A DNA stretch of 64,000 bases from Cyanophora paradoxa CCMP329 (GCA_004431415.1 QPMI01000459.1:121963-185962); one strand, 5' to 3'; numbered from the stretch's first letter, positions 47,881 to 61,600 are shown. Program-made: numbers and translations. The notes: generated by a model from the sequence alone, not told the origin.

Positions 47881-49249
47881 GGCTGGCGAGGGTCCGCAGG
47901 CCCACGCGTCGAGGACGGTATCCACGAAGACCGGCTTGCACGGCGGGCGAACGTCCCGGCCTCTAGGGTCGAGTTCTACCCACCGCTGCGGGGCAGCGGC
48001 CTCGGCGGCGACCGTCTCAGGCTCGAGCGGGGCGGCGTCGTCGGAAGCCTGCCCGCGGGCAGAGGGGCGACCTCGAGCCCGCGGCGCTGGCTTGGGGTCC
48101 GGGGGGACCGGCCGAACGCGGATCTGGTGGCGAGCAGTCTCCGGGGAGAGCGAGCGTCGGCGCGGAGGCCCGGGAGGCGGCTCGCCCTCAGGGTCCTCCG
48201 GCTCCCACTCAATATGAATCGGCACCGGCCGATCCGAGGGGTCGACCGGGGAGCGCCAGTGGCGCGTGTTGTACTCATCTCGAGGCTGCCGCCTCAAGGC
48301 GGGGCCGCGAGGGAAGAGCGCGTCGGGATGCAGGGGCCGCGGCTCGGCAAATCCCTTGGCGCCCCACCGACGGGGCCCGGTTTCCGAGCGCTTCGGGACT
48401 CGCTCCGCAAGAGCGAGGGGGAAGCCGTCAGCGTCGCAGGCGTCGGAGGGGACAGGCCCTTCCGGCAGCGACTCGTCATCGATCTCGCCCGAGGCCTCGG
48501 CCTCTGCGTGAGCGTCCTCTAGCAGCGCGGCCGGGGCGCCCAGGTCGCCCTCAGGGGCGTCGGGCATCTCCGCGTCCGAGGGAGCCTCGCGCTCCTCGAC
48601 AGCGGGCGCCGGGCCCGGCTCTCGTCGTTTCGGGGGCGGCGAGACCGACTCTGGCGCGGGAGGCGCGAAGCGCTCTGGGCGGCCCGCGCTCGCTTGCGCG
48701 TGGCGGCGTCAGTAGCCGAGGCGGAGGCCTTGGCCTCAGCGAACCCAGCCGACGCAGCAAGCTTGGCGAGCTCGCGGGGCAGGCGTCGCGGCGCGCGCTC
48801 TGGCGGCGGGGGCTCGGCGTCGGAATCGGTTTCCGCAGCACCGCCAGCCTCACCCTCAGGCTCGGGCGCGGGCGCTTCAGGGGCGCCGGCGTCGGGCTCG
48901 GCCTCAGGAGCACTGGCTGGCACAGGGGGCCGCGACTCCTCCTCTGCATAAGAGGAGCGGCCCGGCGGGGAAGAGGGGGCGCTCGCAGGCGCCGCCCGGG
49001 GCGCTCGGCGTCTAGCGGCTCGGCCACCCTCGGCTGGGGCTTCCGCGCGGAAGCCGGCGGAGTTGGCGAGCTGGCGCAGGGCCCGCTCGGTCGGGCCCAG
49101 CTGCATCCTAAAGATGCCCAGCGGGACGTCGGGATCCTCAGGCTCAGCCCCTACAGCATGTTGCGGGATGCCGAAGCCTTCGGCGCCCTTGTAGGCCGCG
49201 GGCTTGGACGAGGAACCGTCTGCACCGCCTGGCTGCCAGACGGGGTGGT

Positions 49250-50700
49250 CCTTAGGGAGACGCGAGCACGCGTCGGGACCCCCGTTCTGCTTGCCAGGGC
49301 GGTAGACGATCTCAAAGTCGTAGGCCTGCAAGAGCAGGGACCAGCGACCGAGGCGGCCCGTCGTCGGGTCCAGCGTCTTCAGCCACTGGAGGGCGTGGTG
49401 GTCGGTCCGCACCAGGAACTGGGGCCGCCCAGCAGATAGTGGCGCCAATACTTAATGGCCCAGACTACTGCGAGGCACTCCAGCTCCGTAGCGGAGTAGT
49501 TCATCTCGGCCGGCAGCAGCGTGCGGCTGATGAACGCGAGCGGCCGCTCGACGCCTTTGTCGTCGGCCTGGCTCAGAATTGCGCCGATAGCGTAGGTGCT
49601 GGCGTCCGTCTGGAGAATGAAGGGCTTCGAGAAGTCCGGGAACCGCAATATAATATCGCGGCCCAGGAGTTCTTTCAGCTCCTTAAAGGCGCGGTCGGCG
49701 GGGCCGTCCTCTGGCCAACTCCAGACGGCGTCCTTCAATAGAAGGCGCTGCATGGCGTGCACCACTTTGGAGAAGTTCTCGACAAAGCGGCGGTAGTAGC
49801 CGGCGAGGCCGAGGAACGAGCGGAGCTCGTCCGCGTTCTTCGGCGTCTGCCAGTCCGTGATCACCTTGGTCTTCGCAGGGTCCTGGCGGATCCCTTCGGC
49901 GGAGATGCGGTGGCCGAGAAGGTCGATTTCAGGCACGCAGAAGCGGCACTTCGACGGCTTCAGGCGCAGGTTCGCCTTAGAGATCGTCTCGAAGAGCGCC
50001 TTCAAGTCTAGAAGGTGCTGATCGATGGACGGTGAGAAGACCGTGATATCGTCGATGTACGCGACGACGCAGGTGGTCAGCAAGGGGCCCAGGATCGCAG
50101 TGATCGCGCGGGAGAATGCCGCGGGCCCGTTCGTGACCCCAAACGGCGTAACCTTCCACTGAAAGTGACCCCAGGGGACCACAAATGCAGTGTAGGCTCG
50201 GGAGCCGGGGTGCAGAGGCAGCTGCCAGAAGCCGGCAGTCGCGTCAGCAGTCGAGAAGACCATCGAGCCGCGGAGGCGCTCGAGCTGGTCGTCTATGCGG
50301 GGTAGGGGAAACACGTCCCGCTCGGTGATCTGATTCAGCCTCCGATAGTCGACACAGAAACGCCAAGTGCCGTCCTTTTTGGGGGCCAGCACTACCGGCG
50401 AGCCATATGCCGCTTGGGAGGGCTCGATCAGCCCAAGCTCAAGGAGTTTCTGAATTTCCTTGCGGGCGTGTTCCTCGGCGTGCGGGTTCATACGCCGCGG
50501 AGGCGTGAACACCGGAAGGCGAGTCGTGAGTTTGATCACGTGCTCGTAATAGAGCAGGTTGCTGGTGCCCTCTTTGGCCTCGACCTTGTCTGCGAAGACA
50601 TCCTTGTAGCGCCGCAGGAGCGCGTGAAGTTCGGCTTTCTGCGCCGTCGTGATTGACGGGTGAGAGCCGAGCTCAGGAATCTTCTTCAGCAGCTCTTGCC
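49250..50700 (-). CDS. Gypsy reverse transcriptase and RNase H
   Basis: SPVVLAPKKDGTWRFCVDYRRLN, DATAGFWQ, PFGVTNGPAAF, YIDD, LRSFLGLAGYYRRF, QTDAS, YSATELECLAV, and RTDHHAL (after a frameshift). Confidence 0.97.
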
Positions 50701-51694
50701 ACTCCTCCTCTGCATTAGGCACCGGCCGCGGTGCCTCAGCGGGCTTCGCGTCGGGTGCTGCAGTCGTAGGGGGTGGGGCATCGGGCCGGGCCGAAAGCGA
50801 GGCTGTGACCACACTCTGGGGTGGGGCCTCGGCGTCGGCGACCGGTGCGGCCTTGCGGACCGTAACGTCGCCGCGCATGGCGCGGACTGCATCGAGCAAG
50901 TCGCGCTCCGCTTTTTCGGAGAGACCGGGGAAGGTCGAGCGCAGGGTGGCGTCTCTGGGGACGGACACTGCCTCGACTGCGGCGACGAACTCGTCGACCG
51001 AGGGCCTGTGATCGGGGCCGGCGTTGGGGACGCGCTTCGTGACGACGTGCTCATAGCATCGTCGTCGAGGCTAATGATGCTCATAGCATCAAGGTCCTGC
51101 AACGGCCGGTCGGCTGTGTCGAAGGGCAGCTCGCCAAACGTGACGACTATATCGTCGACGTCGTAGGGCGGTGCGCGGGTGGGTCGGCGGGCTCAGCAGG
51201 CGCTGCGCTAGACAGAGCGCGCTGCTTTTCCGCCTCATCTACGACAGAACGTAGGGTGGAGATTATTTTCTCAACGTCTTTGGCGGGCTCATATGCCGCG
51301 CCAAGCATGCGTGCTTTTCTATTAAAGTGGCGGAGTCCAGTGCGGCGTTTGGCAGGCACGATTCGCAGCCGGCGAATCAAGAGGTCTGTCAATGCACTCG
51401 CACTACAAGGCATTTGCTCAGGTTCGTACTCAAAATCACCAGGCGGTAGGGCGACCGCCGAAGCGACCGCTACTACCGATCCTAGCGGCAGGGTTACCGG
51501 CTGCCGGCCAGGATTGCACAACCGCACGTGAAACATTTTGTCTCCCGGGTGATTATGCAGCTGGTAAGGGCAGAGTACGCCCAAGGCTTGCGGGGACTCC
51601 GGCGACGGCTCGACGTAGAGGTGCGGCAACTCACGCGTTGCCGGGCCCTGCCCATTGAGCGTGCATGGGACGAGGGCCTCTCCGACGGGGAGCT

Positions 51695-52129
51695 TTACTG
51701 GTCCCAGGACTCGGACCAGGATCCCAAGCTGGTCCGGAGCCGAAAAGGGACGACGACTTCGCGGTGCAGGTGGTCACGGGCCCGGAGGCACCACCCGGAC
51801 AGCGTCGTGTCGATCTGGCCGTGGACGGCCTGGATCGCGTCCAGGCCGAGCAGAATGTCCGGCTCAACGCCCATGGCGCCGCGCGGGACGACGAAGACGC
51901 GGCGGCAGAAGCGGAGCGAGCCCAGAACGAAGACTACGTCGGCGCGGCGACAACGAATTTTGTCCCGGTCCATGAAACCGCGGACTATCGTGTGGCCCTC
52001 GACGTAATTGACTTCGTCGGGCGGCAGGCGGTCGAGGACTTCCTGGGGAACTACAGTTCCCTGGGCGCCCGTGTCGACAACAATGCGAGCGGGCCGTTCA
52101 GCGCCGGAGCGGCCGTTCGGCAGGCGCAT
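51695..52129 (-). CDS. Retroviral-type aspartic protease
   Basis: IVVDTGAQGTVV ... DILLGLDAI. Confidence 0.9.
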   Translation of the reverse strand: MRLPNGRSGAERPARIVVDTGAQGTVVPQEVLDRLPPDEVNYVEGHTIVRGFMDRDKIRCRRADVVFVLGSLRFCRRVFVVPRGAMGVEPDILLGLDAIQAVHGQIDTTLSGWCLRARDHLHREVVVPFRLRTSLGSWSESWDQ

Positions 52130-55100
52130 AGCAATGCTGCCGTGAATGTGCAGTGTCTTTGGCCGGAAGAATTCCAGGCCCGGTCGCGCGGGAAGCTAGG
52201 TCGGGCGCGGCGGACGTGGAATTCTGGTTCCGGCGGCGCGGGTGGACCCGACAGGTCCGTTGCGCTTGCGGTTGGGGATGGGGGCCGGGACTGGCGAGCC
52301 GCGGCTCGCTCGGCGACTCGGCGCTGCTCTGCCTGGTCGGCCAACGGCGAGGGCTTGGTCCGCTTGCGCGGGCCCGGGCCGTGGCGGTTGGCGTAGAGCA
52401 ACTCGTCGCTGGGCGGGTCATAGCCGGCGCGCGTTCCCAGCGGCGTCTCCTCTGCCGGGCGGGGCACGGCGAGGGACGGGCGGTTTTTGGAGCCCAGGGC
52501 GTGGCCCGCGGGCATGAGAGCTTCCTCGTCGGAGGTCAGGCCCTCGGGGTAAATGATCGCGGCGGCCTCGAGCGCGTTCTGCGGGGCGAACGCCGCTGTC
52601 GGCGCTGAACCCGAGAACCACGCGCGAGTCGGCCGTGGCGGGGCCTTGTAGCCCGTTTTGCGCATCGAGATGCCGTAGCGGTCCATGATCGCCTGATGCA
52701 CCGCGCGTAAGGCGGGCTCCAGGGTCTTTGGATCGACCTGCAGCATTTGCGCGGGGTTCGACAGCCAGTTGAAGACCAGCACGGTCGAGCGCGGCCCGAG
52801 CTTGTGCAGCAGGCGGCGGGCCCAGGCCGGCGCAGGCTCGCGGCTCTTTGGTGGGGCCGGGCGGGCGGCGCGGCTGGCGCCGGCGGCGCGACTGTTTGAG
52901 CGGGCGGCTCGTGGACGACCGTCTGGACGCGGCGGATCGAGATGTACTTCTCGTCCGCCGGCACCGGCACAGCGGCCCGGACCGACGCCGGCGTATGCAA
53001 GTGGGCGGGAAGGTCACAGGGCGCGCGGGCCTCGTGCCCGCGGGGTGACGACGCTTCTGCGACGGTGTATACCGCGAAGAAGGGCTTTGGGTTGGCTTTT
53101 GCCGCGGCCTGCATTGCCACGCGAGCCTCGTGCTGGCGCTCGCGCTCAAGCAAGGCTCGCCAGTCTTTGGTGCGATCGAGCGTGGCCCGCAGAGCCTCGA
53201 GATCGGCACGGGGCCCGTCTGGGAGGAGCGAGATCATCATGCCCGTCTCCCCAGCGGAGAGGCTGATCTGCATATCGATGCCGGCCCGGAGGGCGCGGCA
53301 GACGTCTTCCAGGGCCCGCCGAGCGGCCTGCTTTGCCTGGGCGAAGGCTTCGTCTGAGACCTTCTGAGCGCCGCCGGGCTTGGCGCGCGTCTCGGCGTGG
53401 CTAGCGGCGGTGCGGATCTGGCGCTCGACTGTTTGAAGCCAAAGCCCCAATTCCGTGACCCCTTGGCCCCGGATCTTCACGTCGCGGCAGCTCGAGCACT
53501 CGCGCACAAACTGCAGGAGGCCCCCTGCTGGGACGTCAGCCTGGGGGTTGAAAGTCGTGGCGGCGGAGGCGCGCGGCGCGGCCACTGAGGCGCGCGGCTG
53601 CTCCGGCGTCGACTGGTCTGCGCGCGGCGGCTCGGCCTGGCTCGCACGCGATGACCGCTCCTGGGCCTGAGAGATGGAGGCGCGACCCTCCGCAGGCTTG
53701 GACGGCGCCGCCGACTGCGGACCGGCCTCGCTCTGCCCTCAGGCCCTCTAGAAAGGGCTGCTGGCGCTCGTTGCGTCCGCCCGTCGGCGGCTGCCCACCC
53801 GATGGTGGCGCGGCGGCGCGGGCCGAGGACGACGCGGACTGAGCGTCCATCTGGTTCTGGAGCTTGATCAGGACCAGCGCGGTGGCCTGCTCAGCTCGCG
53901 CGGACGCCGAGAGCGAGTCTGGCATCTCAGCGTACTGCGCCTTCCAGACCATGTCGAAGAGCTCGCGCAATGTGGGCGGGCAGCCTCGCAGGCGGGCGTC
54001 GTTCTCGTGCCGCTTGTACGCAGCGTCTACGGCGCCGCGCGGCGGGTCCGGCGGGCGGCGAGAGGACTGGCTGCTGCGAGGGCTGCGGCGGTCTCGCGGC
54101 GAGGCGCGGTCGCGCGAGCCCTTCTTCGAGCTTTTGCGCCGCTTATCGTCATGGCGGGGGCTCCGGCTCGGGCTCCGATCGCGCGAGCGCGAGCGGGAGC
54201 TAGAGCGGGACGGTGTTCGGCTCCGGCGGCGTTCCCGCGAGCCTCGGCGAGGGCTCCGCCTGTCGCGAGTGTCGCGAGCCGTGGACCGTCGGCTCGGCGG
54301 GCTGCGGTCGCGGCGCGGCGGCGAGCGATCACGGCGGTCCGGGGAGCGGCGGCGGGAGGCCTCGCGGTCCCGGCGGTCCGGCGAAGGGCGTCGGGAGCCC
54401 TCGCGATCGCGGCGTTCCAACGAACGGCGGGACGGCGGCGGCGCCCGGGATTGCCGGTGGGGCTCCGGGGAGCGCTCGCGGCGCGTGGAGGGGCCCCGCG
54501 TCTCGCGCCTGTCTGGGGTGCGAGAGCGGCGACTGGACGGGGCTCGGCGCGGCTCGGGTGTGCGCGAGCGGCGCTGAGACGAGGCCCGCTCAGGGGTCCG
54601 GCGGGCCTGCGACGCGCGACTGGCCGTGTCGTCCCTGCGGCTCGAGCTTGCCTCAGCCTGGCGGCTCGAGCTGGGCGGCGGCATCAAGGTCCGGGAGGGA
54701 GTCTCAGCCGGCGGGGCTTGGTCTGGCGGAGCGCTCTCGGCGATCCGCTCGACCTTCACCTTCCCGTCCGAGACGGTTACGCGCATGGTCTTGGGGTCAT
54801 ACCCCTGCTGCCGCGCGAGGAACGCATCCAGCCCGAACGGGTCGTTCGGGTCGACAGCGGGTTGTGCGGGTTGCGCCTGGCCACCGCCGCGGTCGCCGCC
54901 ACGGTCACGGTGGCCTCGGCCGTCGCGACCGCGGTGCCGGCCGCCCCGCTGGTGACCCTGCCCGCGGCCGCCTCGGCCAACGGCCTGGCCCGCGTTGCGC
55001 CGGGGCCGCGCCTGCTGCGGCGCCGTCGGCGGCGCGGCGGTCTGCGCAGCGGCCTGCGCCGGCGCGGGCGCCGACGGGGTGGCGGATGGCGCCGCCTCGG

Positions 55101-58100
55101 CGGGGTCGTCCGCGAGCCCGCCGACGATGGTTGAGGGCGGCTGGAACCGCACGCCCGCCCACGTCGCGCGGACCGCTCCTTCGTAGATCGGCTGGTACGG
55201 CGTGCGAACCAGAAGGCTTTCGGCCTCCTTATCGACAGCCGCCGTCGCAGTCAGGCTGCGCCGGCCGAGGGCGCGGCGCCCTTGTTCTGGACCGCGTCCC
55301 ACATCAGCGCCGGGCGCAGAGCCTCAACGTCCCAGTCGGGGAGCACGGGGTCGTCCGTCTCCCAGTCGATCGGGCGCGCGAGGCGGATCGCGACATTCAG
55401 ATCGGCGTAGAGCGAACGGAGCATCGTCTCGAACTGAGGCCGCAGGGGTATAGCCTCATCGGTAAAGATGAGCCCCAGCGGGAAGTTCCCGGGACAGTTC
55501 TCCAGCTCCTCGGCGGCGCGGGCGGCCTCAAGGTGGCGCTGTATCCACTCTTGCCCCGGCGCCAAGGTCATCGCCGGCGGGCCACGCGTCCTCGGCGCCG
55601 GCCATCGGGGGCGAGCCGAGCTCAAGACGCTGGTACCCGAGACCGTGCGGCATGTTTGTGAGGTACGCGCGGATGCCGTCCGCCAGCGCGCGGGCATCCG
55701 AGTCGGCGCACTCATCCCTCGTCATAGTGCGCAAGAGGGCCTGAAGACCTCGGCCACGTTCTGGGGCATGGCGGCGTTCAGGGGCGCACAGTTGTCCACC
55801 CGCTGCGCGAGCAGCGGGATGCGGGGATACTGGAAGCCCTGCAGCATCGCGAGCAGGATCCGCCCACAGATCGCCGCACGACCCTCGTGGTCCGGCACGA
55901 CCGCATTGTTCGGGCCAAACTTCCACGCAAGCGTGGGATGACCGTCCGGGTACGTCGGCCTCGCGTCCGCGTCGAAGACCTTCTTGCCCTGAGGCAAGAC
56001 GTCGGACCCGCGGTCCGGCTTGGCCGTCGGCTTAGTCAGGAAGGCCTCGTGAATGAACACCATCAGACCGTCCGGCACCACGCAGCGGAACGAGTTCAAC
56101 ACCTTGTTGAAGTCATCCATGTGATCGGCGACCGCCCGAGCGATCTCGGGGACGTAGTCAGCCGGGCGTTCCGACTCGACGTCCATGGCCGCAGCCGACA
56201 GAAAGTCATCAGCCAGTGCTGGCTGCGGAGGTGCTTGCCCGGCGCGTGACGCTGGAAGAAGCGCGCGTGCCAGGCCAGCGTAAAACCGATGGCCGTCGCG
56301 AGGATTTCCTCTTCCGCCGGGATCGGCGCCCAAGGGCACGTCCCGGAGGTGAGTTCGGGAAAGGCGGCAGCTCGTAACCGAACGCGGTGACGAGCCGCGG
56401 GTTCGCGTGGCTCTTCTTGGGCTGGCTCGCAAGCTGGGCGACCGTCACTGCGAGCCACAGCTTCTTGTTCTCGCGCTGGTGCGGCGCGCCCCCTGCGACG
56501 TCCTTGTCGCAGGCAGCGTTCGGCGCGGGCGTGGCCGTGCCTGCCACGAGGCGGGGCGCGTAGATGCGCCGCGTCTGCAGGCGACCCTCAACGTTCTCGA
56601 CGCGCTTGTCGGCGAGCGGGCGCAGCAGGGCCAGCACGGCGACGTCGCGCGCGAAGCGGGTCGCGAACGGCGTCCTGGCGTCCTCCTCGTTCGGGTCGGC
56701 GATGTTACCGCCAAGACTGAGGTGTGCAGGGTGGGGCGCTCGGGGTGCGGCATGTACGGCGGCGGGGCGTTCCGCGCGCCGCCGCCTTCGTGGAAGAAGG
56801 CGGTATACAGCACCCGCGAGACCTGGCCCAGGGTCGAACACACGGGTGCGTGGGCTGTGCCCTCGTGCGTGAGATCCCAGGCGCCCGTGTACGTCGGGAC
56901 GGCAGACTGTGCGGTACGGGTCCCGACCGCGAGGTACTGCACGATATCCAAGCTGACGCCGCAGGCGGCGTGCGGGAATGCAAGCCCCTGCAGGTCGAAG
57001 AGCTCCGGATCCTCGTCGAACGGCCGCTGAGGCGGGCCTACGAGCGAGAACCAGTTCACTATGCCGCGCGCGGCGGGGCCGACGCGCTTGAGCATAGTTG
57101 AGCACAGCTCGCCCATGTGCTGGTCCTGCAGCGTGAGCACGTCGACGTTGTACTCGTCAACGTCGCCGGCGTGCTGCCAGCGCAAGGGTAGCTGATCGCG
57201 GGCAGCGTTGCCCATTCAGTGAACCCTGGCTCATAGCATTCCAGGGGCCGGAAAAACGCGTGTTTCCGGTCCATGTACTCGCGCAAGAGCTTGTGATCGT
57301 TGGCGTACGTCGGGTCCGCCAACGAGAACAGCGGCCGCGGCTGCCAGTCCTTGTGCGGCTCGAACGGCCTGTGCGCCGCCGCAGGGATGGCAGCCGGCGC
57401 CTCTTCCTTCTCGCCCTCTTCCTCTTCGCTCTCGACATGGTCAATGTCGAGCGGCTCGAGGCGGGGCTCAGGCTCATCGGCGATGTAGGTGCCCACAAGC
57501 GCATCGTCGAACGTGAACGACTGCCGTGCAGCGTGACGCTCGAGGGCATGCAAGACCTTCTCCTGGAAGGCCGCGCGCTGGGCGGTCAGGGCCAAGCCCT
57601 GTGCGGGTCGCTCTCGGCGGCTTCCTCCTGCGCGCGCGTCCCTAGCTGCAGGTGGCGGCGCAGCCAGCGAACCCCGTACGGGAACTCCAGGCCGGCGCGT
57701 TCCGCGGAGGGAACGGTGGTCCCAACCGCCTCGGCGCGGAACATGGTGTGAGCACGCAAGAGGTACTGGGCCCACTGCGGCGGGATGACGGCCGCGCTCG
57801 GGTTGAAGCGGCCCCCGTGCGTCCACCGCGGCAGGCGCGTGGCAGGGATCGTCCAACGCAGAGTCAGGAAGTGCTCCAACTGCTGCTCCGTCCACTCATG
57901 CAGGTGGAACGGGAGATCGTGGGAGTGGGGCGTGACGGGGCCACGGAGCCCCAGCGCGATCATGAAGAGCTCGAACGCGGCCGCGTTGAGCCGCGCGAGG
58001 CGAACGGTGCGATCGGCTCTGAGCGCGACGCGGCCCTCCGGCGGCTCCTCGTGCGGCACGGGCGGCCCATCCAGGCGGTTCTGGATTGGCGTGCTCCTCT

Positions 58101-61100
58101 CGCTGGCGAGAAACGCCTTGAGGTGCGGGACCCGCAGGTCCTCGAACGTGCCCTTCAGTGCGTCGAAGGGGATGCTCCAGCGGTGGGCGAGATCAGACCG
58201 GGCCGTCATGGGCCACTCGGTGATCTGTTTCCCCTCACAGAGCCGAGGCGGGCACCCCGGCACTGCGAGGACGCCGCTCATCACGCCCATAGCCTCGTAC
58301 AGGGCCCGCTGGCTCAGGTTCTCATCGATAGCCGACGGCGGCGGCGGCGGCGGCGGCGCTTCCTCGGGCGCCTCATCGCCGTCGCCCCGCTCGCCCATCT
58401 CGGCGTCTTCCCCCTCAGCCTGCCCACGGCGGGCGCTGCGGGTTCGTGGCCCCTGCGAGCCGCGCCCACGGGTGCTGACGCGCACGACCCCGTCCCCGCG
58501 GCCACGCTCGCCGCGACGGGCGGCCTGCCGGGGAGCCGGCGCGGTCGCGCGCGCGACGTCGAGTAGCGGCTCGCTCAGGCGAGGCTCGACAGGCGCGGGC
58601 TCAGTGGCGGGCGGCGTCGGAGCGGCGGTGGGCCGCGGCGCCATCGGGCTCGCAAGCGGCGGCCATGTTGCCGCGGCGTGCAAGGTCACGAGCTTCGCCG
58701 TCGGTGCAGGCGGCGGGACAGGAACGGGCGCCGGCCGCGCCGGCGCTGGCGGGTCCCTCGGCGAGAGCGCCTTCACAGGCGGGCGCGGCGGCAGGCAGGC
58801 CTTAGCCTCCTTGATCGTCGCGCTGACGGCCTTCGCCGTGTAGGCGCCCGTCGTGTCCGACGCCGGCTTCGGCGTGGTGGGCAGGTCGTGGAGAGGAGTG
58901 GGGGTGCGGCTGCCCGCATCCGTGCGCCACTTCTCCACGAGCGCGATCATGTCCTTGACAGCCTCGTCATTGAAACCGGCCCGCTTCTTCAGCAGCCTAC
59001 GGAATAGAATGACGAGGTGGGCCCGGTCGCCCGCCTTGGCCCCCTCGATGTACCGGAGCAGCTCCGCGGCCCCGGCGGATCCGGGAACCGTGCGGGCCCA
59101 GGCTGCATCGCACAGGGCGGTGAGCGGCGGGCGCGGGCCGAGCTGGCTCAGCACGTAGAGCTCCTCAGGCACGATCGTGGGCAGCTGCCCGCCTCGCGTC
59201 GTGCGTGCAGGGGCAACTGCGTGGTGCGCGTGATCGGGCGCACGCGGCCGACCCTCCACGTGCCAGGCTCTGCCCCGTGCAGGCGCGGCCAGTGCAGCCA
59301 GGTGTCGCACAAGTGCAGGTCCCGGAGGTGCAGAACGCGGGCGGCGGCGACGCGGGGCTCCACCGGAACGCGTTCAACCGTGCGGGACTCGCCCTCGCTC
59401 ACGACCGGGAAGGCGGGGGCACGGCCGTCGCGGTACGCAGTCAGACGCTCCGCGAGCGCTGCCCGCAGCCATCCCTCGGCGTCCCGATCCGAGCGGAGAC
59501 GTGCCCGCCCCGGGATCGGAACCTCAACGGAGGCAGCCAGGACGGCAAGCGAGTGAACGGCTTCCGTGAACTCCGAGTCCGAGGGGACAAGAGGGTTCCC
59601 GTCGGCCAGGGCAACGGCGCTCTTGTGGGCGTCGTGGGGACCGGCGCGGCCGCCGATGCAAGCCACGGTCTTCCACTGGATCGCGTGCTCGAGGGCCAGC
59701 AGGGCGAAGCCATAGGCGTCGACCCGCGCGTCCACCATGAGCGGCTCGGCGAACTTAAAGAAGCGGCCGAGGATCTTCTCGACGGCGCCGGCGGTGCCCG
59801 GGGCACCGTAGTCGACGCGGTGCAGGAAATAGCCCGCAACAGTCGAGGCGCACGCAAGGCGGAGGCGGTCCTGTGCCGGCAACAGCTCGCTCAGCTCGAT
59901 TAGCTGGCGGCGGCCCGACACTGTCATCTCGTGCGGCTCGAGAGAGGCCGCCACGGGCGAGTGCTGGCCAATGCTCCAGTGGCGGCGGTATGGCTCCAGC
60001 CAGCCGGCGGTAGCGACGCACTCGTCCCCAAGCTTCGTAAGCTTGTGGGCGTCGGGCTCGACTGCGGGGCGACCCTCGGCGTGAGGCCCTCGGCGTGCGG
60101 CCACGCGTGGCCCCGGCCCACTTCGCGGCGACGCGAGAGGCCTGGTGCGTGAGGCTCATGATTTCATAATAGTGCGTCGGCCAGGCGTGAGCCAGCGTGT
60201 CCTGGGACAGCGGGTCATGCCCCAGCATCTGCAGGAACGCAGTGGGGAGGGTCCGCGAGCCGAGGTACGTGCTCTCGGTGGCGAGCGGCTGAGAGAACGC
60301 CGCAAGCAAGAAGGAGAGCGTCTGGCGGGTGCGGGCCGGGCAGCGGAACGCAGTGGCATACCACTGCTCGTCCCGGACCTCGATCAGCCCCTCGCTCACA
60401 GTGCAGCCGCAGTGAGTCTCGCACGGCGCTGGGTACAGGAACGCCGCGCGGTCGAGCGGGACCGACGCGGCGCCCTTCAGCTTGTGCGCGTCCACGTTCC
60501 AGAGAGGAACGGGCCCCAGCTCGTGCTCGCGGCCCTTCACCGGCTCTAACTCAACGGCTCCGAAGTGAGTGAGGTCTAGGCCGGGGCTAGCGCTGAGGAG
60601 GCGAGCGCGGTTGAGGCGCAGGGTCTCCTTAGACGCTACGGTCGCGTCCTCGTCGGCGAGGGAGGCGCGTCGTCGGTCACCTCGAGGCTCGCTACCGTCT
60701 CGGCCCCCGAGGAGTACCCAGGCAGCAGCCACGCCGGCGGCGGGGTCCGCCGGAGCCTCGGCGGCGGCGGTCTCGGGGACCGACTTGGTGGGAGCGAGCT
60801 CCGTCGCGGGCTCGGACCCTTCGCTTCTGCGTCAGCGCCCTCGACCTCCGTTGGGTCCGGGGCGGCCGCCAAGAGGAGTGCGACCTCCTCAAGGGCGGCG
60901 TCCACGATGCCGGCGGCGAGCTCGGCGGGGAAAGAAGTCGGCACGGGCGTCGGCGCGGGACCCTTCGCTGCTGCGTCAGCGCCCTCGACCTCCGTTGGGT
61001 CCGGGGCGGCCGCCAAGAGGAGTGCGATTTCCTCGAGGGCGGCGTCCACTGCGTCGAACGCGACCTTCTTCTCCCCCTCGTCCAGGCCCGACTCCGGGCG

Positions 61101-61600
61101 GGTCGGCAACAGGTCCTGCGCCTCGCAGGGGCCGGCCTCTCGGCTCCCGTGGGGCACAGGTCTGGGCGGCTTTCCCCGGACAGCTGCACTACTGCGATCG
61201 CGAAAGCGGTGGCGGCTGCGGCGACCGCGTTGAGAGCGGGGCCGTCCCGGGGGTCCTGCAGCGCGGCGGCGTGCGCCGCGGCCGCTGCGGTGAAGGCTCG
61301 GAAGGTATCGTCGACCAACGCCTCGTCGCTGCGCACGATGCGCACACGGTACACGTGCTTTTCCTTGCCAAGCTCGGCGGGCGCCGGGGCCGCCGTGGGC
61401 CCCGACCCGTGGCCGCCGGTCGGCGCGGGAAGCAGTGCAGTCGCGGACGGGCCGGCGGCGCCGCTTCGGGCAGCCTGCTCGAGCATGGCGCGCGCGATCG
61501 TGAAGGCGTTGGGGTCAGCCCAGGGCGCCGGCGTCGCGGGCGGCACGGGCGGGGCTGCAGCGGCGGCGGCGTGTTCTGCAAGCGCGCGGCGGACCGCGGC
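52130..61600 (-). CDS. ~9.4 kb of uncharacterised coding sequence between the Gag zinc knuckle and protease (chain of overlapping, frameshift-linked ORFs)
   Basis: Overlapping minus-strand ORFs 60636-61157, 59755-60732, 59148-60104, 57586-59310, 57059-57895, 56445-57215, 56209-57105, 55722-56432, 53536-55302, 52536-53585 and 52051-52782 show protein-like composition. Confidence 0.7.
60813..61050 (-). repeat. In-frame duplication (~92-bp core, period 144) encoding VDAALEE(I/V)ALLLAAAPDPTEVEGADA
   Basis: Two near-identical copies are visible in DNA and in ORF 60636-61157. Confidence 0.9.
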
